In this document: positions 59,583 through 64,000 of the stretch, piece after piece
How the letters are laid out: the number at the start of each line of letters is the position of its first letter
How positions within the stretch are numbered: the stretch's first letter is position 1
Assembly (NCBI GenBank): GCA_020634625.1
Contig: JACKBJ010000019.1
Span: forward strand, 1,001 to 65,000
DNA length: 64,000 nt
Reading direction: 5' to 3'
Source of the DNA: Caldilineae bacterium
Lineage (GTDB): Bacteria > Chloroflexota > Anaerolineae > Epilineales > Epilineaceae
Translations under genes and position numbers: made by a program
Notes under the pieces: model-generated
The model's input: the letters and a program-made list of their open reading frames with translations, nothing else
What the model was told of the DNA's origin: nothing
Database searches by the model: none

Positions 59583-62314
59583 GCCCAGACCCTTCCGGCA
59601 ACGACCGCCTCGGAGACCGGCCGCTGGTGCTGCCCTTTGCCGCGCTCGGCGCGGCCGATCTGCCCCTGGTGGGCGGCAAGGGCGCCAACCTGGGCGAGAT
59701 GACCCGCGCCGGCCTGCCGGTGCCGCCCGGCTTCTGCGTCACGACCGAGGCCTTCCGCCGCTTCGTCGCCGGCGACCCGGAGCTCGAGCCGGCGGTCTAC
59801 GCGCGCCTGGCGGCGCTGGCGCCGGACGACGTGGCCGGCGTGCGCGAGGCGGGGCAGGCCATCCGCGCCCGGCTGCTGGCGCTGCCGGTGCCGGCCGAGG
59901 TGGAGCAGGCGCTGCTGGATGCCTGGCGGCGCCTGGGTCCGGACGCGGCCTACGCCCTGCGCTCCAGCGCCACCGCCGAGGATCTGCCGGGGGCCAGCTT
60001 CGCCGGCCAGCAGGACAGCTTCCTCAACCTCCGCGGCCGCGAGGCCCTGGTCGACGCCCTGCGCCGCGCCTGGGTCTCGCTCTTCACCGACCGCGCCATC
60101 CTCTACCGGGCCCAGAACGGCTTCGACCACCGCGAGGTCCGGCTCTCGGCGGTGGTCCAGCGCATGGTCCTCTCCGAGGTCTCGGGCATCCTCTTCACCG
60201 CCGATCCCTTGAGCGGCAACCGGCACGTGGCCTCGATCGACGCCGGCTTCGGCCTGGGCGAGGCCCTGGTCTCGGGCATCGTCTCGGCCGACAACTTCCG
60301 GGTGGACAAGCGCAGCGGGGCGATCCTCGAGCGGCGCGTCGCCGACAAGCGGCAGGCCATCCGGCCGCGGGCGGATGGCGGCACGGAGACGGTCCCGCTG
60401 GCCGCTGGCGACAGCCGGCGCGCCTCGCTGAGCGACGCGCAGGCGCGGGCGCTGACCGAGCTGGGCAGCCGCGTCGAAGCCCACTTCGGCCGGCCGCAGG
60501 ACATCGAATGGGTCATCGACGCCGCCGGCGACCTCTTCCTGGTCCAGTCGCGCCCGATCACCTCGCTCTTCCCCCTGCCCGAGCCCGGGCCGACCGACGG
60601 CGGCCTGCACGCCTACGCCAGCCTGGGCCACGCCCAGGTGATGACCGACGCCATGACGCCCATGGGCCGCTCGGTTTTCCCGATCATCCTGCCCTTCGGT
60701 AAGTCCGGCGATCCGGGGACGGTCGGCCGGCTGGTCTCGGAGGCCGGCGGCCGGCTCTACGCCGACTTCACCCCGGCCCTGCACTTCGCGCCCTCGCGCG
60801 CGCTCATCCTGCGCTTCCTGGGCGTGGCCGACCCGCTGATGGCCGGCGCCATGCGGGCCCTGGTGGCGCGCCCGGCCTTCCGGGAGGGGCCGGCCGCCCG
60901 GCCGCCGAAGGGCGCCCTGCGCGCCATGCTGCACTGGGTCGGACCCATCCTGCTGGGCCTGCAGCGACGGCTCTGGCTGGCCGACCCGGATACCGGGCTG
61001 GCCGAGGTCGCCGGCGCCTGCGAGGCCCTGGTCGAGGACAGCCGTGCGCGCATGGCCGCGGCGCCGCCCGGCGCGGCCCGCCTCGACGAGGCGCGCCAGG
61101 CGCTCGGCCGGGCCTTGCCAACCCTGTTGCGGGTGATGCCGCCGGTGATGGGCGCCGGCTACGCCGGGCGCGCCATCCTGGGCCGGCTGGCCGGGTCGCG
61201 CGCCCGGCCGGGCGATCTGGACGCCATCGTGCGCGGGCTGCAGGGCAACGTCACCACCGACATGGACCTGGCGGTAGGCGACCTGGCCGACCTGGCGCGT
61301 CTTCAGCCGGAGCTGGCGCGACGCCTCGCCGGCGAAGATCTGGCGACGGCCATCGCCGACATCGCGCGCATGCCCGAGGGCGCGGACTTCCTGGCCGCAT
61401 GGCATGGCTTTCTGGACCGCTACGGCCTGCGCGGTCCCTCGGAGATCGACATCGGCCGGCCGCGGTGGCATGAAGCGCCTGCGTCGCTGCTGAAGATGGT
61501 GGCGGGACACCTGCGCGCCGAGCCGGGCGCCCACCGGGCGCACCAGCGGCGCATGGCCGAGGCCGGCCAGGCGGCCGGCGAGCGCCTGGTCGAGGCGGCC
61601 GCGCATGGGCTGCTGGCGCCGCTGCGCGCGCGGCTGGCACGGCGCTGTCTGCGCCTGGTGCGCGGCGGCATGCCCGTGCGCGAGCACCCCAAGTTCGCCT
61701 TGATCCAGATCCTCGGCCTGACCAAGGACGCGATCCGGGAGGCAGCCGAGCCGCTGCTGTCGGCGGGCCGGCTGGACCGGGCGGACGACGTCTTCTGGCT
61801 GAGGCTGCCCGAGCTGATCGAGGGCCTCCGACGGCCGGGCCTTGACCTGCGCGCGATCGTCGCCCGGCGGAAGGCCGAGGAGGCCCGCTATGCCAGCCTG
61901 CGGCCGCCGCGGGTGATCACCTCCGAGGGCGAGATCCCCGAGGTGGCGCATGTCGCCGAGGACCTGCCGCCGGGCGCCCTGCCCGGCATCTCGGCGTCGG
62001 CCGGCGTCGTCGAGGGCCTGGCCCGGGTGGTGCTCGACCCGTCCGCGACGCTGCTCGCGCCGGGCGAGATCCTGGTGGCGCCCTTCACCGACCCGGGGTG
62101 GACGCCGCTCTTCATTCACGCCGCGGCCCTGGTCATGGAGGTCGGCGGCCTGATGACCCATGGCTCGGTGGTCGCCCGCGAGTACGGCATCCCGGCCGTG
62201 GTCGGCGTGCTCGAGGCGACGCGCCGCATCCAGACCGGGCAGCGGCTGCGGGTGGACGGCAACCGTGGCTTCGTCCAGATCCTGGCCGAGGCCGACGCGG
62301 AGGGCGGGACATGA
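59579..62314 (+). CDS. PEP-utilising enzyme of the rifampicin-phosphotransferase-like architecture (N-terminal PPDK_N ATP-grasp, C-terminal swivel His domain)
   Basis: The GTG at 59579 overlaps the TetR stop (GTGA). N-terminal VGGKGANLGEM...G.PVPPGFCVTTEAF and RSSATAEDLPGASFAGQQDSFLN. C-terminal swivel GGLMTHGSVVAREYGIPAVVGV. No C-terminal PEP/pyruvate TIM-barrel, so it is not a bona fide PpsA. Confidence 0.8.
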   Translation: MSPDPSGNDRLGDRPLVLPFAALGAADLPLVGGKGANLGEMTRAGLPVPPGFCVTTEAFRRFVAGDPELEPAVYARLAALAPDDVAGVREAGQAIRARLLALPVPAEVEQALLDAWRRLGPDAAYALRSSATAEDLPGASFAGQQDSFLNLRGREALVDALRRAWVSLFTDRAILYRAQNGFDHREVRLSAVVQRMVLSEVSGILFTADPLSGNRHVASIDAGFGLGEALVSGIVSADNFRVDKRSGAILERRVADKRQAIRPRADGGTETVPLAAGDSRRASLSDAQARALTELGSRVEAHFGRPQDIEWVIDAAGDLFLVQSRPITSLFPLPEPGPTDGGLHAYASLGHAQVMTDAMTPMGRSVFPIILPFGKSGDPGTVGRLVSEAGGRLYADFTPALHFAPSRALILRFLGVADPLMAGAMRALVARPAFREGPAARPPKGALRAMLHWVGPILLGLQRRLWLADPDTGLAEVAGACEALVEDSRARMAAAPPGAARLDEARQALGRALPTLLRVMPPVMGAGYAGRAILGRLAGSRARPGDLDAIVRGLQGNVTTDMDLAVGDLADLARLQPELARRLAGEDLATAIADIARMPEGADFLAAWHGFLDRYGLRGPSEIDIGRPRWHEAPASLLKMVAGHLRAEPGAHRAHQRRMAEAGQAAGERLVEAAAHGLLAPLRARLARRCLRLVRGGMPVREHPKFALIQILGLTKDAIREAAEPLLSAGRLDRADDVFWLRLPELIEGLRRPGLDLRAIVARRKAEEARYASLRPPRVITSEGEIPEVAHVAEDLPPGALPGISASAGVVEGLARVVLDPSATLLAPGEILVAPFTDPGWTPLFIHAAALVMEVGGLMTHGSVVAREYGIPAVVGVLEATRRIQTGQRLRVDGNRGFVQILAEADAEGGT

Positions 62315-62811
62315 AGGGCTCGCTGATCGCCTTGCTCGTCGTGGCGCTGGCCCTGGCGGCCCTGGCCCTGGCCCGGGGTGGGGGCACCTTCGGCGCCGGC
62401 CTGCGCGCCGGCGGCGTCCAGCTGGGGCGCATCCTGCCGGTCCTGCTGATCGCCTTCCTGATCACCGGCTTCATCGACGTGCTGCTGCCTCCGGGGCTGG
62501 TCGAGGCCTGGCTCTCGGACGCCTCGGGCTGGCGCGGCATCGGCATCGCCTGGCTGGCCGGCATCCTGACGCCGGGCGGCTCGATCATCGGCATGCCCCT
62601 GGCGGCCGGGCTCTTCCAGGCCGGCGTCGGCATCAGCGTGCTGGTCACCTACCTGACCTCGGTGGCCCTGCTGTCGGTCCTCCGCGTGCCGATCGAGCTG
62701 GGCTTCCTCGGGCCGCGCCTGACGGCCCTGCGGGTCCTGGCCTCGCTGTTTCTGCCGCCCGTCGCGGGCCTGCTGGCGCGCCTTGCGGCACCCTGGATCG
62801 TCGGGCGCTAG
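62311..62811 (+). CDS. Small polytopic membrane protein (permease-like, about 5 TM helices)
   Basis: The ATG at 62311 overlaps the upstream stop (ATGA). The 166-aa product is highly hydrophobic. Family not assigned. Confidence 0.55.
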   Translation: MKGSLIALLVVALALAALALARGGGTFGAGLRAGGVQLGRILPVLLIAFLITGFIDVLLPPGLVEAWLSDASGWRGIGIAWLAGILTPGGSIIGMPLAAGLFQAGVGISVLVTYLTSVALLSVLRVPIELGFLGPRLTALRVLASLFLPPVAGLLARLAAPWIVGR

Positions 62812-62933
62812 AGCCGCGGTCACCTTGAGCGGGGCAGGTCACGAGCGCGCCGAGTCCCCGCAAGCGCCCGTCCGAAGGCGGAAGTCGAGAGACCCGGGTG
62901 GAGTCGCTCGGCTCGGAGCGATCCCTGGCCGGG

Positions 62934-64000
62934 CTACTCGGAGGCCCGAGCGCAGTCGACCAGGGCCTCGCGGCAGGCCACGACGAGCAGCCCGGCCCCC
63001 AGCCGCACGGCGTCGTCGCCGGCGGCCTCGAGGCGCCGTCGCGCGTCGACGGCCTGGCCCCGCGCCAGGTCCAGCCGGCCCAACGCCAGCTGCACCTGCA
63101 GCCCGCGGATCGGGTCCTTCGCTTCTCGGGCATGGCGCGCCGCCCGAGCCAGCGCATCCGCGGCCCGATCCAGCTCGGCCGCCGCCAGCGCCAGCCAACC
63201 GAGCTCCAGCCAGGCGAAGGCCTTGCCCCAGGCATGCCCGATCGCATCCCAGAGCGGTCGAGCCCGGGCCAGGTGGGCTTCCGCCGCCGGCCCGTCCCCC
63301 CGCATTCGGGCCGCCTGTGCCATCGAGGTCGCCGTGCAGGCCTCCCAATAGCGGTAGCCGCCGGCAACGGCAGCCGCATGGCAGGTTTGCAGCCCCGCCT
63401 CGGCGCTGGCGATCTGGCCACCGGCCAGCTGGATGGTCGCCAGCCCCCATCGCATCACGACCGCCGACTCCTCGGCGCCGATGTCCAGCGACTGGACCAG
63501 CGCGTCGGTGACCAGGGCGGTCGCCCGATCGAGCTCGCCGGCGTGTAGCGCCAGCTCGGCCAGCGAGCCCAACACGTTGATCGCGCCCAGTCGGTCGTCC
63601 ATGGCCTCCGAGATCGTGTGCGCGGCGGCCAGGTGCGCCCGCGCGCCCGATTGGTTGCCGCGCCGGCTGAGCACGCTCGCGAGCGACTCGCGTAGGCGGC
63701 CCTCGAGGTGCCGCAGGTCCAGCGCCTGACAGCGTTCGAGCAGGGCCCCGGCCGCCGACTCGAAGCCGTCGAGGTCGTCGCGATAGTAGGCCAGGACTGC
63801 CAGCTGCCAGCGGTTCTCGGCTTGCAGCTCCACATGAGCCGCCTGCCTGCCGGCCTCCAGGCCGATCCGAAAGGCCTGCTCGGCTGCTTCGAGCCGGCCC
63901 TCGTTCAGCGCCAGGATGCCGACGACCCAATGGCCAAAGGCCAGGGCGGGCGCATCCGCGATCGGACCAGCCAGCGCCAGGGACTCGGCCGCCAGCCGCG
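62934..64000 (-). CDS. TPR-repeat protein, C-terminal part (gene continues beyond the window end)
   Basis: Ala/Leu-rich degenerate 34-40-aa helical repeats (A...L..A....G......A.A...LA...). The reading frame stays open upstream of the first ATG (63833) to position 64000. This resembles the C-terminal TPR arm of large STAND/LuxR-type regulators. Confidence 0.55.
   Translation of the reverse strand, partial: RLAAESLALAGPIADAPALAFGHWVVGILALNEGRLEAAEQAFRIGLEAGRQAAHVELQAENRWQLAVLAYYRDDLDGFESAAGALLERCQALDLRHLEGRLRESLASVLSRRGNQSGARAHLAAAHTISEAMDDRLGAINVLGSLAELALHAGELDRATALVTDALVQSLDIGAEESAVVMRWGLATIQLAGGQIASAEAGLQTCHAAAVAGGYRYWEACTATSMAQAARMRGDGPAAEAHLARARPLWDAIGHAWGKAFAWLELGWLALAAAELDRAADALARAARHAREAKDPIRGLQVQLALGRLDLARGQAVDARRRLEAAGDDAVRLGAGLLVVACREALVDCARASE

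Noticed and set aside
55925-62161. Minus-strand ORFs 55925..58474 (849 aa) and 59351..62161 (936 aa)
   Set aside because: They are antisense to the clearly identified mutB and PEP-utilising enzyme genes. Composition is low complexity and no motifs are present.

Overview
Gene-dense, high-G+C (about 70% by eye) bacterial chromosomal segment. All identifications come from reading the supplied translations and the DNA. No database search was run, and the taxon cannot be fixed; giant NHL/vWA proteins and Pro/Thr linkers are reminiscent of Chloroflexota or Actinomycetota. Most of the window is housekeeping. It holds a Met/Cys PLP enzyme, a phosphonate-type ABC transporter (phnD-phnC plus a doubled phnE), guaA, a LemA/DUF2207 pair, a double GNAT and a 2256-aa NHL/vWA surface protein. 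It also holds a Fic enzyme, an OmpR/HK two-component pair, a DinB-MsrA fusion, an orphan KAS, fixABCX-type electron-transfer flavoprotein genes and serB-like/serA. Further genes are htrA, hpt, an EEP-family protein, an OYE flavoenzyme, a family-5 solute-binding protein, mutA/mutB, and a TetR-controlled PEP-utilising (rifampicin-phosphotransferase-like) enzyme with a permease. The accessory part lies at about 40.8-54.5 kb. First comes an abrupt low-G+C islet (about 50%) with a secreted/anchored orphan protein and a 1004-aa NACHT-type STAND NTPase (unassigned N-terminus, HEAT-like linker, C-terminal FGE/SUMF1 domain). This NTPase sits head-to-head with a stand-alone class III nucleotidyl-cyclase-domain gene. 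Next is an unexplained 12-nt-periodic GATGAAC array in a convergent intergenic region. Last are two tandem paralogous ~1270-aa S8 subtilases in which the catalytic Asp position reads Glu. No rRNA, tRNA, CRISPR array, transposase or integrase was recognised. Many very long ORFs in the track are high-G+C shadow ORFs and were rejected.
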